Position numbers and translations under genes: made by a program. Under the pieces are notes generated by a model that was not told the origin of the DNA, did no database searches, and was given only the letters and a program-made list of their open reading frames with translations. Shown piece by piece: positions 31,772-46,700 of a stretch of DNA of 64,000 bases. Numbering within the stretch: position 1 is the first letter of the stretch; each line of letters opens with the position of its first letter. Origin of the DNA: Eledone cirrhosa (lineage: Eukaryota); NCBI GenBank assembly GCA_964016885.1, contig OZ024743.1, positions 247,318,001-247,382,000 on the forward strand, written 5' to 3'.

Positions 31772-34700
31772 CAGCCGTCCAAGGGAAGATAATTTCCAGC
31801 CCTCCAAGGGGCTATAATTTCCAGCGTCCAAGGGGAGATAATTTCCAGCCAGCGAAAGGGAGATAATTTTTTTAAAAAATCACTGTGAGATTTGTAAAAA
31901 AAATCAGGGGGAGATAATTTGTAAAAAAAATCAAGGGGAGATAATTTCCAGCCGTCCAAAGAGAGATAATTTCTAACCGTCCAAGGGGAGATAATTTCCA
32001 GCCGTCCAAGGGGAGATAATTTCCAGCCGTGCAAGGGGAGATAATTTCCAGCCGTCCAAGGGGAGATAATTTCCATCCTTCCAAGGGGAGATAATTTCCA
32101 GCCGTCCAAGGGGAGATTATTTCCCGCCAGCCAAGGGAAGATAATATTTAAAAAAATCAGGCGGAGATAATTTGTAAAATAAATTAGGGGGAGATAATTT
32201 GTAAAAAAATCAGGGGGAGATAATTTGTAAAAAAGATCAGGTGGAGATAATTTGTAAAAAAAAATCAGGGGTAGATAATATGTAAAATAAAATCAGGGGG
32301 AGATAATTTGTAAAAAAAAAATCAGGGGGAGATAATTTGTAAAAAAAATCAAGGGGAGATAATTTTCAGCCGTCCAAGGAGAGGTAATTTCTAGCCGTCC
32401 AAGGGGAGATAATTTCAAGCCGTCCAAGGGGAGATAATTTCCAGCCGTCCAAGGGGAGATAATTTTTAAAAAAAAATCAGGCGGAGATAATTTGTAAAAA
32501 AAAAATCAGGGGGAGATAATTTGTAAAAAAAAATCAGGGGGAGATAATTTGTAAAAAAATCAAGGGGAGATAATTTCCAGCCGTCCAAGGGAAGATAATT
32601 TCCAGCCTCCAAGGGGCTATAATTTCCAGCGTCCAAGGGGAGATAATTTCCAGCCAGCGAAGGGGAGATAATTTTTTTTAAAAAAATCACTGGGAGATTT
32701 GTAAAAAAAATCAGGGGGAGATAATTTGTAAAAAGAATCAAGGGGAGATAATTTCCAGCCAAGGGGAGATAATTTCCAGCCGTCCAAGGGGAGATAATTT
32801 TTTAAAATATCAGGTGGAGATAATTTGTAAAAAAAATCAGGGGGAGATAATTTGTAAAAACAAAATCAAGGGCAGATAATTTCCAGCCGTCCAAGGGGAG
32901 ATAATTTCCAGCCGTGCAAGGGGAGATAATTTGTAAAAAAAATCAGGGGGAGATAATTTCCAGCCGTCCAAGGGGAGATAATTTTCAGCCGTCCAAGGAG
33001 AGGTAATTTCTAGCCGTCCAAGGGAAGATAATTTCCAGCCGTGCAAGGGGAGATAATTTCCAGCCGTCCAAGGGGAGATAATTTCCATCCAGCCAAGGGG
33101 AGATAATTTTAAAAAAATCAGGCGGAGATAATTGATGAAAAAAAAAAATCAGGGGGAGATAATTTGTAAAAAAAAATCAGGGGGAGATAATTTGTAAAAA
33201 AATCAGGGATAGATAATTTGTAAAAAAAATCAAGGGGAGATAATTTCCAGCCGTCCAAGGGGAGATAATTTCCAGCCAGCGAAGGAGAGATAATTTATAG
33301 CCGTCCAAGGGGAGATAATTTCCAGCAAGCCAAGGGAGATAATTTATAAAAAAAATCAGGCGGAGATGATTTGTAAAAAAAAATCAGGGGGCGATAATTT
33401 CCAGCCGTCCAAGGGGAGATAATTTCCAGCCGTCCAAGGGGAGATAATTTTTTTTTTATAGCCGTCCAAGGGGAGATAATTTCCAGCAAGCCAAGGGAGA
33501 TAATTTTTTAAAAAAATCAGGCGGAGATAATTTGTTAAAAAAAATCAGGGGGCGATAATTTCCAGCCGTCCAAGGGGAGATAATTTCCAGCCGTCCAAGG
33601 GGAGATAATTTTTTTTTAAAATCAGGGGAGATAATTTGTAAAAAAAATCAGGGGGAGATAATTTGTGAAAAAATCAGGGGGAGATAATTTGTAAAAAAAA
33701 ATCAGGGGGAGCTAATTTGTAAAAAATATCAGTGGGAGATAATTTCCAGCCAGCCAAGGGGAGATAATTTGTAAAAAAAATCAATGGGAGATAATTTCCA
33801 GCCGTCCAAGGGGAGATAATTTCCAGCCAGCCAAGGGGAGATAATTTCCAGCCAGCCAAGGGGAGATATTTGTAAAAAAAAATCAGGGAGAGATAATTTG
33901 TAAAAAAAAAATCAGGGGGAGATAATTTGTAAAAAAAAATCAGGGGGAGATAATTTGTAAAAAAATCAAGGGGAGATAATTTCCAGCCGTCCAAGGGAAG
34001 ATAATTTCCAGCCTCCAAGGGGCTATAATTTCCAGCGTCCAAGGGGAGTTAATTTCCAGCCAGCGAAGGGGAGATAATTTCCAGCCAGCGAAGGGGAGAT
34101 AATTTTTTTTAAAAAATCAGGCGGAGATAATTTGTAAAAAAAAATCAGGGTGAGATAATTAGTGAAAAAAATCAAGGGGAGATAATTTCCAGCCGTCCAA
34201 GGGGAGATAATTTCCAGCCCTACAAGCGGCTATAATTTCCAGCCGTCCAAAGGAAGATAATTTCCAGCCAGCGAAGGGGAGATAATTTTTTTTAAATTAG
34301 GGGGAGATTTGTAAAAAAAAATCAGGGGGTTGATAATTTGTAAAAAAAATCAAGGGGAATTAATTTCCAGCCGTCCAAGGGGAGATAATTTCCAGCCGTC
34401 CAAGGAGACATAATTTCCAGCTGTCCAAGGAGAGGTAATTTCTAGCCGTCCAAGGGGAGATAAATTCCAGCCTCCAAGGGGAGATAATTTCCAGCCAGCC
34501 AAGGGGAGATAATTTGTAAAAAAAATCAGGAGATAATTTGTAAAAAAAAATCAGGGGGAGATAATTTGTAAAAAAAAATCAGGGGGAGATAATTTGTAAA
34601 AAAAATCAAGGGGAGATAATTTCCAGCCGTCCAAGGGGAGATAATTTTCAGCCGTCCAAGGAGAGGTAATTTCTAGCCGTCCAAGGGGAGATAATTTCCA

Positions 34701-37700
34701 GCCGTCCAAGGGGAGATAATTTCCAGCCGTCCAAGGGGAGATAATTTAAAAAAAAAATCAGGCGGAGATAATTTGTAAAAAAAAAATCAGGGGGAGATAA
34801 TTTGTAGAAAAAAATCAGGGGGAGATAATTTGTAAAAAAAATCAAGGGGAGATAATTTCCAGCCGTCCAAGGTGAGATAATTTTCAGCCGTCCAAGGAGA
34901 GGTAATTTCTAGCCGTCCAAGGGAAGATAATTTCCAGCCCTCCAAGGGAAGATAAATTCCAGCCCTCCAAGGGGCTATAATTTCCAGCGTCCAAGGGGAG
35001 ATAATTTCCAGCCAGCGAAGGGGAGATAATTTTTAAAAAAAAATCACTGGGATATTTGTAAAAAAAATCAGGGGGAGATAATTTGTAAAAAAAATCAAGG
35101 GGAGATAAGTTCCAGCCGTCCAAAGAGAGATAATTTCTAGCCGTCGAAGGGGAGATAATTTCCAGCCGTCCAAGGGGAGATAATTTCCAGCAGTGCAAGG
35201 GGAGATAATTTCCAGCCGTCCAAGGGGAGATAATTTCCATCCTTCCAAGGGGAGATAATTTCCAGCCGTCCAAGGGGAGATAATTTCCCGCCAGCCAAGG
35301 GAAGATAATATTTAAAAAAATCAGGCGGAGATAATTTAAAAAAAAAATCAGGGGGAGATAATTTGTAAAAAAATCAGGGGGAGATAATTTGTAAAAAAAA
35401 TCAGGGGGAGATAATTTGTAAAAAAAATCAGGGGGAGATAATTTGTAAAAACAAAATCAAGGGCAGATAATTTCCAGCCGTCCAAGGGGAGATAATTTTC
35501 AGCCGTCCAAGGAGAGGTAATTTCTAGCCGTCCAAGGGGAGATAATTTCCAGCCGTCCAATGGGAGATAATTTCCAGCCGTCCAAGGGGAGATAATTTCC
35601 AGCCAGCGAAGGGGAGATAATTTTTTTAAAAAATCACTGGGAGATTTGTAAAAAAAATCAGGGGGAGATAATTTGTAAAAAAAATCAAGGGGAGATAATT
35701 TCCAGCCGTCCAAAGAGAGATAATTTCTAGCCGTCCAAGGAGGGATAACTTCCAGCCAACGGGAGATAATTTCCAGCCGTCCAAGGGGAGATAATCTTTT
35801 CAAAAATCAGGAGATAATTTGTAAAAAAAATCAGGGGGAGATAATTTGTAAAAACAAAATCAAGGGCAGATAATTTCCAGCCGTCTAAGCGGAGATAATT
35901 TCCAGCCGTGTAAGGGGAGATAATTTGTAAAAAAAATCAGGGGGAGATAATTTCCAGCCGTCCAAGGGGAGATAATTTCCAGCCGTCCAAGGAGAGATAA
36001 TTTCCAGCCGTGCAAGGGGAGATAATTTCCAGCCGTCCAAGGGGAGATAATTTCCATCCTTCCAAGGGGAGATAATTTCCAGCCGTCCAAGGGGAGATAA
36101 TTTCCATCCAGCCAAGGGGAGATAATTTTAAAAAAATCAGGCGGAGATAATTTGTAAAAACAAAAATCAGGGGGAGATAATTTGTAAAAAAAAATCAGGG
36201 GGAGATAATTTGTAAAAAAATCAGGGGTAGATAATTTGTAAAAAAAATCAAGGGGAGATAATTTCCAGCCAGCGAAGGGGAGATAATTTTTTTTTTTAAA
36301 TCAGGGGTAGATTGGTAAAAAAAAATCACGGGGAGATAATTTGTAAAAAAATCAAGGGGAGATAATTTCCAGCCGTCGAAGGAGAGATAATTTATAGCCG
36401 TCCAAGGGGAGATAATTTCCAACAAGCCAAGGGAGATAATTTTAAAAAAAAATCAGGCGGAGATGATTTTTTAAAAAAAATCAGGTGGAGATAATTTGTA
36501 AAAAAAAATCAGGGGTGATAATTTGTAAAAAAAATCAAGGGGAGATAATTTCCAGCCGTCCAAGGGAAGATAATTTCCAGCCCTCCAAGGGAAGATAACT
36601 TCCAGCCCTCCAAGGGGCTATAATTTCCAGCGTCCAAGGGGAGATAATTTCCAGCCAGCGAAGGGGAGATAATTTTTTAAAAAAATCACTGGGAGATTTG
36701 TAAAAAAAATCAGGGGGAGATAATTTGTAAAAAAAATCAAGGGGAGATAATTTCCAGCCGTCCAAAGAGAGATAATTTCTAGCCGTCCAAGGGGAGATAA
36801 TTTCCAGCCAAGGGGAAATAATTTCCAGCCGTCCAAGGGGAGATAATTTCCAGCCGTGCAAGGGGAGATAATTTCCAGCCGTCCAAGGGGAGATAATTTC
36901 CATCCTTCCAAGGGGAGATAATTTCCAGGCGTCCAAGGGGAGATAATTTCCAGCCAGCGAAGGGGAGCACTGGGAGATTTGTAAAAAAATCAGGGGTAGA
37001 TAATTTGTAAAAAAAATCAGGGGGAGATAATTTGTAAAAAATCAAGGGGAGATAATTTCCAGCCGTCCAAGGGAAGATAATTTTCAGCCGTCCAAGGAGA
37101 GGTAATTTCTAGCCGTTCAAGGGGAGATAATTTCCAGCCGTCCAAGGGGAGATAATTTCCAGCCGTCCAAGGGGAGATAATTTTAAAAAAAAATCAGGCG
37201 GAGCTAATTTGTAAAAAAATAATCAGGCTCAGATAATTTGTAAAAAAAAATCAGGGGGAGATAATTTGTATACAAAATCAAGGGGAGATAATTTCCAGCC
37301 GTCCAAGGCGAGATAATTTCCAGCCGTCCAAGGGGAGATAATTTACAGCTGTCCAAGTAGAGGTAATTTCTAGGCGTCCAAGGGGAGATAATTTCCAGCC
37401 GTCCAAGGGGAGATAATTTCCAGCCAGCCAAGGGGAGATAATTTCCAGCCAGCCAAGGGGAGATATTTGTAAAAAAAAATCAGGGAGAGATAATTTGTAA
37501 AAAAAAAATCAGGGGTAGATAATTTGTAGAAGACATAAAGGGGAGATAATTTCCAGCCGTCCAAGGGGAGAAAATTTCCATTCAGCCAAGGGGAGATAAT
37601 TTAAAAAAAAAAATCAGGCGGAGATAATTTGTAAAAAAAAATCAGGGGGAGATAATTAGTAAAAAAAATCAAGGGGAGATAATTTCCAGCCGTCCAAGGG

Positions 37701-40700
37701 GAGATAATTTCCAGCCCTACAAGCAGCTATAATTTCCAGCCGTCCAAAGGGAGATAATTTCCAGCCAGCGAAGGGGAGATAATTTTTTTTTAAATTAGGG
37801 GGAGATTTGTAAAAAAAATCAGGGGGAGATAATTTGTAAAAAAAATCAAGGGGAAATAATTTCCAGCCGTCCAAGGGGAGATAATTTCCAGCCGTCCAAG
37901 GGGAGATAATTTCCAGCCGTCCAAGGAGAGGTAATTTCTAGCCGTCCAAGGGGAGATAATTTCCAGCCGTCCAAGGGGAGATAATTTCCAGCCGTCCAAG
38001 GGGAGATAATTTCCAGCCGTTCAAGGGGAGATAATTTCCAGCCGTCCAAGAGGAGATAATTTTTTTAAAAAAATCAGGCGGAGATAATTTGTAAAAAAAA
38101 TTCAGGGGGAGATAATTTGTAAAAAAAAATCGGGGAGATAATTCGTAAAAATAAATCAGGGGGAGATAACATGTAAAAAAATCAAGGGGAGATAATTTCC
38201 AGACGTCCAAGGGAAGATAATTTCCAGCCCTCCAAGGGGCTATAATTTCCAGCGTCCAAGGGGAGATAATTTCCAGCCAGCGAAAGGGAGATCATTTTTT
38301 AAAAAAAGCAGGCGGAGATGATTTGTAAAAAAAATCAGGTGGAGATAATTTGTTAAAAAAAATCAGGGGGCGATAATTTCCAGCCGTCCAAGGGGAGATA
38401 ATTTCAGCCGTCCAAGGAGAGGTAATTTCTAGCCGTTCAAGGGGAGATAATTTCCAGCCGTCCAAGGGGAGATAATTTCCAGCCGTCCAAGGGGAGATAA
38501 TTTTAAAAAAAAATCAGGCGGAGCTAATTTGTAAAAAAATAATCAGGGGCAGATAATTTGTAAAAAAAAATCAGGGGGAGATAATTTGTATACAAAATCA
38601 AGGGGAGATAATTTCCAGCCGTCCAAGGCGAGATAATTTCCAGCCGTCCAAGGGGGGATAATTTACAGCTGTCCAAGGAGAGGTAATTTCTAGGCGTCCT
38701 AGGGGAGATAATTTCCAGCCGTCCAAGGGGAGATCATTTCCAGCCTGCCAAGGGGAGATAATTTCCAGGCAGCCAAGGGGAGATATTTGTAAAAAAAAAT
38801 CAGGGGGAGATAATTAGTAAAAAAAATCAAGGGGAGATAATTTCCAGCCGTCCAAGGGGAGATAATTTCCAGCCCTACAAGCAGCTATAATTTCCAGCCG
38901 TCCAAAGGGAGATAATTTCCAGCCAGCGAAGGGGAGATAATTTTTTTTTAAATTAGGGGGAGATTTGTAAAAAAATCAGGGGGAGATAATTTCCAGCCGT
39001 CCAAGGGAAGATAATTTCCAGCCGTCCAAGGGGAGATAATTTCCAGCCGTCCAAGGAGAGGCAATTTCTAGCCGTCCAAGGGGAGATAAATTCCAGCCTC
39101 CAAGGGGAGATAATTTCCAGCCAGCCAAGGGGAGATAATTTGTAAAAAAATCAGGGGGAGATAATTTGTAAAAAAAATCAGGGGGAGATAATTTGTAAAA
39201 AAAAATCAGGGGGAGATAATTTGTAAAAAAAAATCAGGGGGAGATAATTTGTAAAAAAAATCAAGGGGAGATAATTTCCAGCCGTCCAAGGGGAGATAAT
39301 TTCCAGCCGTCCAAGGGGAGATAATTTTAAAAAAAAAATCAGGCGGAGATAATTTATAAAAAAAAAATCAGGGGGAGATAATTTGTAAAAAAAAATCGGG
39401 GAGATAATTTGTAAAAAAAAATCAGGGGGAGATAATATGTAAAAAAAATCAAGGGGAGATAATTTCCAGCCGTCCAAGGGAAGATAATTTCCAGCCCTCC
39501 AAGGGGCTATAATTTCCAGCGTCCAAGGGGAGATAATTTCCAGCCAGCGAAAGGGAGATAATTTTTTTTAAAAAATCACTGTGAGATTTGTAAAAAAAAT
39601 CAGGGGGAGATAATTTGTAAAAAAAATCAAGGGGAGATAATTTCCAGCCGTCCAAAGAGAGATAATTTCTAACCGTCCAAGGGGAGATAATTTCCAGCCG
39701 TCCAAGGGGAGATAATTTCCAGCCGTGCAAGGGGAGATAATTTCCAGCCGTCCAAGGGGAGATAATTTCCATCCTTCCAAGGGGAGATAATTTCCAGCCG
39801 TCCAAGGGGAGATTATTTCCCGCCAGCCAAGGGAAGATAATATTTAAAAAAATCAGGCGGAGATAATTTGTAAAATAAATTAGGGGGAGATAATTTGTAA
39901 AAAAATCAGGGGGAGATAATTTGTAAAAAAGATCAGGTGGAGATAATTTGTAAAAAAAAATCAGGGGTAGATAATATGTAAAATAAAATCAGGGGGAGAT
40001 AATTTGTAAAAAAAAAATCAGGGGGAGATAATTTGTAAAAAAAATCAAGGGGAGATAATTTTCAGCCGTCCAAGGAGAGGTAATTTCTAGCCGTCCAAGG
40101 GGATATAATTTCAAGCCGTCCAAGGGGAGATAATTTCCAGCCGTCCAAGGGGAGATAATTTTTAAAAAAAAATCAGGCGGAGATAATTTGTAAAAAAAAA
40201 ATCAGGGGGAGATAATTTGTAAAAAAAAATCAGGGGGAGATAATTTGTAAAAAAATCAAGGGGAGATAATTTCCAGCCGTCCAAGGGAAGATAATTTCCA
40301 GCCTCCAAGGGGCTATAACTTCCAGCGTCCAAGGGGAGATAATTTCCAGCCAGCGAAGGGGAGATAATTTTTTTTAAAAAAATCACTGGGAGATTTGTAA
40401 AAAAAATCAGGGGGAGATAATTTGTAAAAAGAATCAAGGGGAGATAATTTCCAGCCAAGGGGAGATAATTTCCAGCCGTCCAAGGGGAGATAATTTTTTA
40501 AAATATCAGGTGGAGATAATTTGTAAAAAAAATCAGGGGGAGATAATTTGTAAAAACAAAATCAAGGGCAGATAATTTCCAGCCGTCCAAGGGGAGATAA
40601 TTTCCAGCCGTGCAAGGGGAGATAATTTGTAAAAAAAATCAGGGGGAGATAATTTCCAGCCGTCCAAGGGGAGATAATTTTCAGCCGTCCAAGGAGAGGT

Positions 40701-43700
40701 AATTTCTAGCCGTCCAAGGGAAGATAATTTCCAGCCGTGCAAGGGGAGATAATTTCCAGCCGTCCAAGGGGAGATAATTTCCATCCAGCCAAGGGGAGAT
40801 AATTTTAAAAAAATCAGGCGGAGATAATTGATGAAAAAAAAAAATCAGGGGGAGATAATTTGTAAAAAAAAATCAGGGGGAGATAATTTGTAAAAAAATC
40901 AGGGATAGATAATTTGTAAAAAAAATCAAGGGGAGATAATTTCCAGCCGTCCAAGGGGAGATAATTTCCAGCCAGCGAAGGAGAGATAATTTATAGCCGT
41001 CCAAGGGGAGATAATTTCCAGCAAGCCAAGGGAGATAATTTATAAAAAAAATCAGGCGGAGATGATTTGTAAAAAAAAATCAGGGGGCGATAATTTCCAG
41101 CCGTCCAAGGGGAGATAATTTCCAGCCGTCCAAGGGGAGATAATTTTTTTTTTATAGCCGTCCAAGGGGAGATAATTTCCAGCAAGCCAAGGGAGATAAT
41201 TTTTTAAAAAAATCAGGCGGAGATAATTTGTTAAAAAAAATCAGGGGGCGATAATTTCCAGCCGTCCAAGGGGAGATAATTTCCAGCCGTCCAAGGGGAG
41301 ATAATTTTTTTTTAAAATCAGGGGAGATAATTTGTAAAAAAAATCAGGGGGAGATAATTTGTGAAAAAATCAGGGGGAGATAATTTGTAAAAAAAAATCA
41401 GGGGGAGCTAATTTGTAAAAAATATCAGTGGGAGATAATTTCCAGCCAGCCAAGGGGAGATAATTTGTAAAAAAAATCAATGGGAGATAATTTCCAGCCG
41501 TCCAAGGGGAGATAATTTCCAGCCAGCCAAGGGGAGATAATTTCCAGCCAGCCAAGGGGAGATATTTGTAAAAAAAAATCAGGGAGAGATAATTTGTAAA
41601 AAAAAAATCAGGGGGAGATAATTTGTAAAAAAAAATCAGGGGGAGATAATTTGTAAAAAAATCAAGGGGAGATAATTTCCAGCCGTCCAAGGGAAGATAA
41701 TTTCCAGCCTCCAAGGGGCTATAATTTCCAGCGTCCAAGGGGAGTTAATTTCCAGCCAGCGAAGGGGAGATAATTTCCAGCCAGCGAAGGGGAGATAATT
41801 TTTTTTAAAAAATCAGGCGGAGATAATTTGTAAAAAAAAATCAGGGTGAGATAATTAGTGAAAAAAATCAAGGGGAGATAATTTCCAGCCGTCCAAGGGG
41901 AGATAATTTCCAGCCCTACAAGCGGCTATAATTTCCAGCCGTCCAAAGGAAGATAATTTCCAGCCAGCGAAGGGGAGATAATTTTTTTTAAATTAGGGGG
42001 AGATTTGTAAAAAAAAATCAGGGGGTTGATAATTTGTAAAAAAAATCAAGGGGAATTAATTTCCAGCCGTCCAAGGGGAGATAATTTCCAGCCGTCCAAG
42101 GAGACATAATTTCCAGCTGTCCAAGGAGAGGTAATTTCTAGCCGTCCAAGGGGAGATAAATTCCAGCCTCCAAGGGGAGATAATTTCCAGCCAGCCAAGG
42201 GGAGATAATTTGTAAAAAAAATCAGGAGATAATTTGTAAAAAAAAATCAGGGGGAGATAATTTGTAAAAAAAAATCAGGGGGAGATAATTTGTAAAAAAA
42301 ATCAAGGGGAGATAATTTCCAGCCGTCCAAGGGGAGATAATTTTCAGCCGTCCAAGGAGAGGTAATTTCTAGCCGTCCAAGGGGAGATAATTTCCAGCCG
42401 TCCAAGGGGAGATAATTTCCAGCCGTCCAAGGGGAGATAATTTAAAAAAAAAATCAGGCGGAGATAATTTGTAAAAAAAAAATCAGGGGGAGATAATTTG
42501 TAGAAAAAAATCAGGGGGAGATAATTTGTAAAAAAAATCAAGGGGAGATAATTTCCAGCCGTCCAAGGGGAGATAATTTTCAGCCGTCCAAGGAGAGGTA
42601 ATTTCTAGCCGTCCAAGGGAAGATAATTTCCAGCCCTCCAAGGGAAGATAAATTCCAGCCCTCCAAGGGGCTATAATTTCCAGCGTCCAAGGGGAGATAA
42701 TTTCCAGCCAGCGAAGGGGAGATAATTTTAAAAAAAAAATCACTGGGATATTTGTAAAAAAAATCAGGGGGAGATAATTTGTAAAAAAAATCAAGGGGAG
42801 ATAAGTTCCAGCCGTCCAAAGAGAGATAATTTCTAGCCGTCGAAGGGGAGATAATTTCCAGCCGTCCAAGGGGAGATAATTTCCAGCAGTGCAAGGGGAG
42901 ATAATTTCCAGCCGTCCAAGGGGAGATAATTTCCATCCTTCCAAGGGGAGATAATTTCCAGCCGTCCAAGGGGAGATAATTTCCCGCCAGCCAAGGGAAG
43001 ATAATATTTAAAAAAATCAGGCGGAGATAATTTAAAAAAAAAATCAGGGGGAGATAATTTGTAAAAAAATCAGGGGGAGATAATTTGTAAAAAAAATCAG
43101 GGGGAGATAATTTGTAAAAAAAATCAGGGGGAGATAATTTGTAAAAACAAAATCAAGGGCAGATAATTTCCAGCCGTCCAAGGGGAGATAATTTTCAGCC
43201 GTCCAAGGAGAGGTAATTTCTAGCCGTCCAAGGGGAGATAATTTCCAGCCGTCCAATGGGAGATAATTTCCAGCCGTCCAAGGGGAGATAATTTCCAGCC
43301 AGCGAAGGGGAGATAATTTTTTTAAAAAATCACTGGGAGATTTGTAAAAAAAATCAGGGGGAGATAATTTGTAAAAAAAATCAAGGGGAGATAATTTCCA
43401 GCCGTCCAAAGAGAGATAATTTCTAGCCGTCCAAGGAGGGATAACTTCCAGCCAACGGGAGATAATTTCCAGCCGTCCAAGGGGAGATAATTTTTTCAAA
43501 AATCAGGAGATAATTTGTAAAAAAAATCAGGGGGAGATAATTTGTAAAAACAAAATCAAGGGCAGATAATTTCCAGCCGTCTAAGCGGAGATAATTTCCA
43601 GCCGTGTAAGGGGAGATAATTTGTAAAAAAAATCAGGGGGAGATAATTTCCAGCCGTCCAAGGGGAGATAATTTCCAGCCGTCCAAGGAGAGATAATTTC

Positions 43701-46700
43701 CAGCCGTGCAAGGGGAGATAATTTCCAGCCGTCCAAGGGGAGATAATTTCCATCCTTCCAAGGGGAGATAATTTCCAGCCGTCCAAGGGGAGATAATTTC
43801 CATCCAGCCAAGGGGAGATAATTTTAAAAAAATCAGGCGGAGATAATTTGTAAAAACAAAAATCAGGGGGAGATAATTTGTAAAAAAAAATCAGGGGGAG
43901 ATAATTTGTAAAAAAATCAGGGGTAGATAATTTGTAAAAAAAATCAAGGGGAGATAATTTCCAGCCAGCGAAGGGGAGATAATTTTTTTTTTTAAATCAG
44001 GGGTAGATTGGTAAAAAAAAATCACGGGGAGATAATTTGTAAAAAAATCAAGGGGAGATAATTTCCAGCCGTCGAAGGAGAGATAATTTATAGCCGTCCA
44101 AGGGGAGATAATTTCCAACAAGCCAAGGGAGATAATTTTAAAAAAAAATCAGGCGGAGATGATTTTTTAAAAAAAATCAGGTGGAGATAATTTGTTACAA
44201 AAAATCAGGGGTCGATAATTTCCAGCCGTCCAAGGGGAGATAATTTTTTTTTTAAATCAGGGGAGATAATTTGTAAAAAAAATCAGGGGGAGATAATTTG
44301 TGAAAAAAATCAGGGGGAGATAATTTGTAAAAAAAAACAGGGGGAGCTAATTTGTAAAAAAATATCAGGGGGAGATAATTTCCAGCCAGCCAAGGGGAGA
44401 TAATTTCCAGCCAGCCAAGGGGAGATAATTTGTAAAAAAAAATCAATGGGAGATAATTTCCAGCCGTCCAAGGGGAGATAATTTCCAGCCGTCCAAGGGG
44501 AGATAATTTCCAGCCGTCCAAGGGGAGATAATTTTTAAAAAATAATCAGGCGGAGATAAGTTGCAAAAAAAAATCAGGTGGAGATAATTTGTAAAAAAAA
44601 ATCAGGGGGAGATAATTTCCAGTCGTCCAAAGAGAGATAATTTCTAGCCGTCCAAGGGGAGATAATTTCCAGCCAAGGGGAGATAATTTTCAGCCGTCCA
44701 AGGGCAGATAATTTTTAAAAAAATCAGGTGGAGATAATTTGTAAAAAAATCAGGGGGAGATAATTTGTAAAAAAAAAATCAGGGGGTGATAATTTGTAAA
44801 AAAAATCAGGGGTAGATAATTTGTAAAAAAAAATCAGGGGTAGATAATTTGTAAAAAAAAATCAGGGGGAGATAATTTGTAAAAAAAATCAAGGGGAAAT
44901 AATTTCTAGCCGTCCAAGGGGAGATAATTTCCAGCCGTCCAAGGGTAGATAATTTCCAGCCGTCCAAGGAGAGGTAATTTCTAGCCGTCCAAGGGGAGAT
45001 AATTTCCAGCCGTCCAAGGGGAGATAATTTCCAGCCGTCCAAGGGGAGATAATTTCCAGCCGTTCAAGGGGAGATAATTTCCAGCCGTCCAAGGAGAGGT
45101 AATTTCTAGCCGTCCAAGGGGAGATAATTTCCAGCCGTCCAAGGGGAGATAAATTCCAGCCTCCAAGGGGAGATAATTTCCAGCCAGCCAAGGGGAGATA
45201 ATTTGTAAAAAAAAATCAGGGGGAGATAATTTGTAAAAAAAAATCAGAGGGAGATAATTTGTAAAAAAAATCAAGGGGAGATAATTTCCAGCCGTCCAAG
45301 GAGAGGTAATTTCTAGCCGTCCAAGGGGAGTTAATTTCCAGCCGTCCAAGGGGAGATAATTTCCAGCCGTCCAAGGGGAGATAATTTTTTTTAAAAAATC
45401 AGGCGGAGATAATTTGTAAAAAAAAAATCAGGGGGAGATAATTTGTAGAAAAAAATCGGGGAGATAATTTGTAAAAAAAAATCAGGGGGAGATAATATGT
45501 AACAAAAATCAAGGGGAGATAATTTCCAGCCGTCCAAGGGAAGATAATTTCCAGCCCTCCAAGGGGCTATAATTTCCAGCGTCCAAGGGGAGATAATTTC
45601 CAGCAAACGGGAGATAATTTCCAGCCGTCCAAGGGGAGATAATTTTTTCAAAAATCAGGAGATAATTTGTAAAAAAAATCAGGGGGAGATAATTTGTAAA
45701 AACAAAATCAAGGGCAGATAATTTCGAGCCGTCCAAGGGAAGATAATTTCCAGCCCTCCAAGGGAAGATAACTTCCAGCCCTCCAAGGGGCTATAATTTC
45801 CAGCGTCCAAGGGGAGATAATTTCCAGCCAGCGAAGGGGAGATAATTTTTTTAAAAAAATCACTGGGAGATTTGTAAAAAAAATCAGGGGGAGATAATTT
45901 GTAAAAAAAATCAAGGGGAGATAATTTCCAGCCGTCCAAAGAGAGATAATTTCTAGCCGTCCAAGGGGAGATAATTTCCAGCCAAGGGGAGATAATTTCC
46001 AGCCGTCCAAGGGGAGATAATTTTTAAAAAAATCAGGTGGAGATAATTTGTAAAAAAAATCGGGAAGATAATTTGTAAAAACAAAATCAAGGGCAGATAA
46101 TTTCCAGCCGTCCAAGGGGAGATAATTTCCAGCAGTGCAAGGGGAGATAATTTCCAGCCGTCCAAGGGGAGATAATTTCCATCCTTCCAAGGGGAGATAA
46201 TTTCCAGGCGTCCAAGGGGAGATAATTTCCAGCCGTCCAAGGGGAGATAATTTCCATCCTTCCAAGGGGAGATAATTTCCAGCCGTCCAAGGGGAGATAA
46301 TTTCCAGCAGTGCAAGGGGAGATAATTTCCAGCCGTCCAAGGGGAGATAATTTCCATCCTTCCAAGGGGAGATAATTTCCAGCCGTCCAAGGGGAGATAA
46401 TTTCCATCCTTCCAAGGGGAGATAATGTCCAGCCGTCCAAGGGGAGATAATTTCCAGCAGTGCAAGGGGAGATAATTTCCAGCCGTCCAAGGGGAGATAA
46501 TTTCCATCCTTCCAAGGGGAGGTAATTTCCAGCCGTCCAAGGGGAGATAATTTCCAGCAGTGCAAGGGGAGATAATTTCCAGCCGTCCAAGGGGAGATAA
46601 TTTCCATCCTTCCAAGGGGAGATAATTTCCAGCCGTCCAAGGGGAGATAATTTCCAGCCAGCCAAGGGGAGATAATTTCCAGCCAGCCAAGGGGAGATAT

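Noticed and set aside
31444-32109. ORFs and apparent RTE-satellite junction across the N gap
   Set aside because: They span 200 Ns; the true adjacency and distance between the two halves are unknown.
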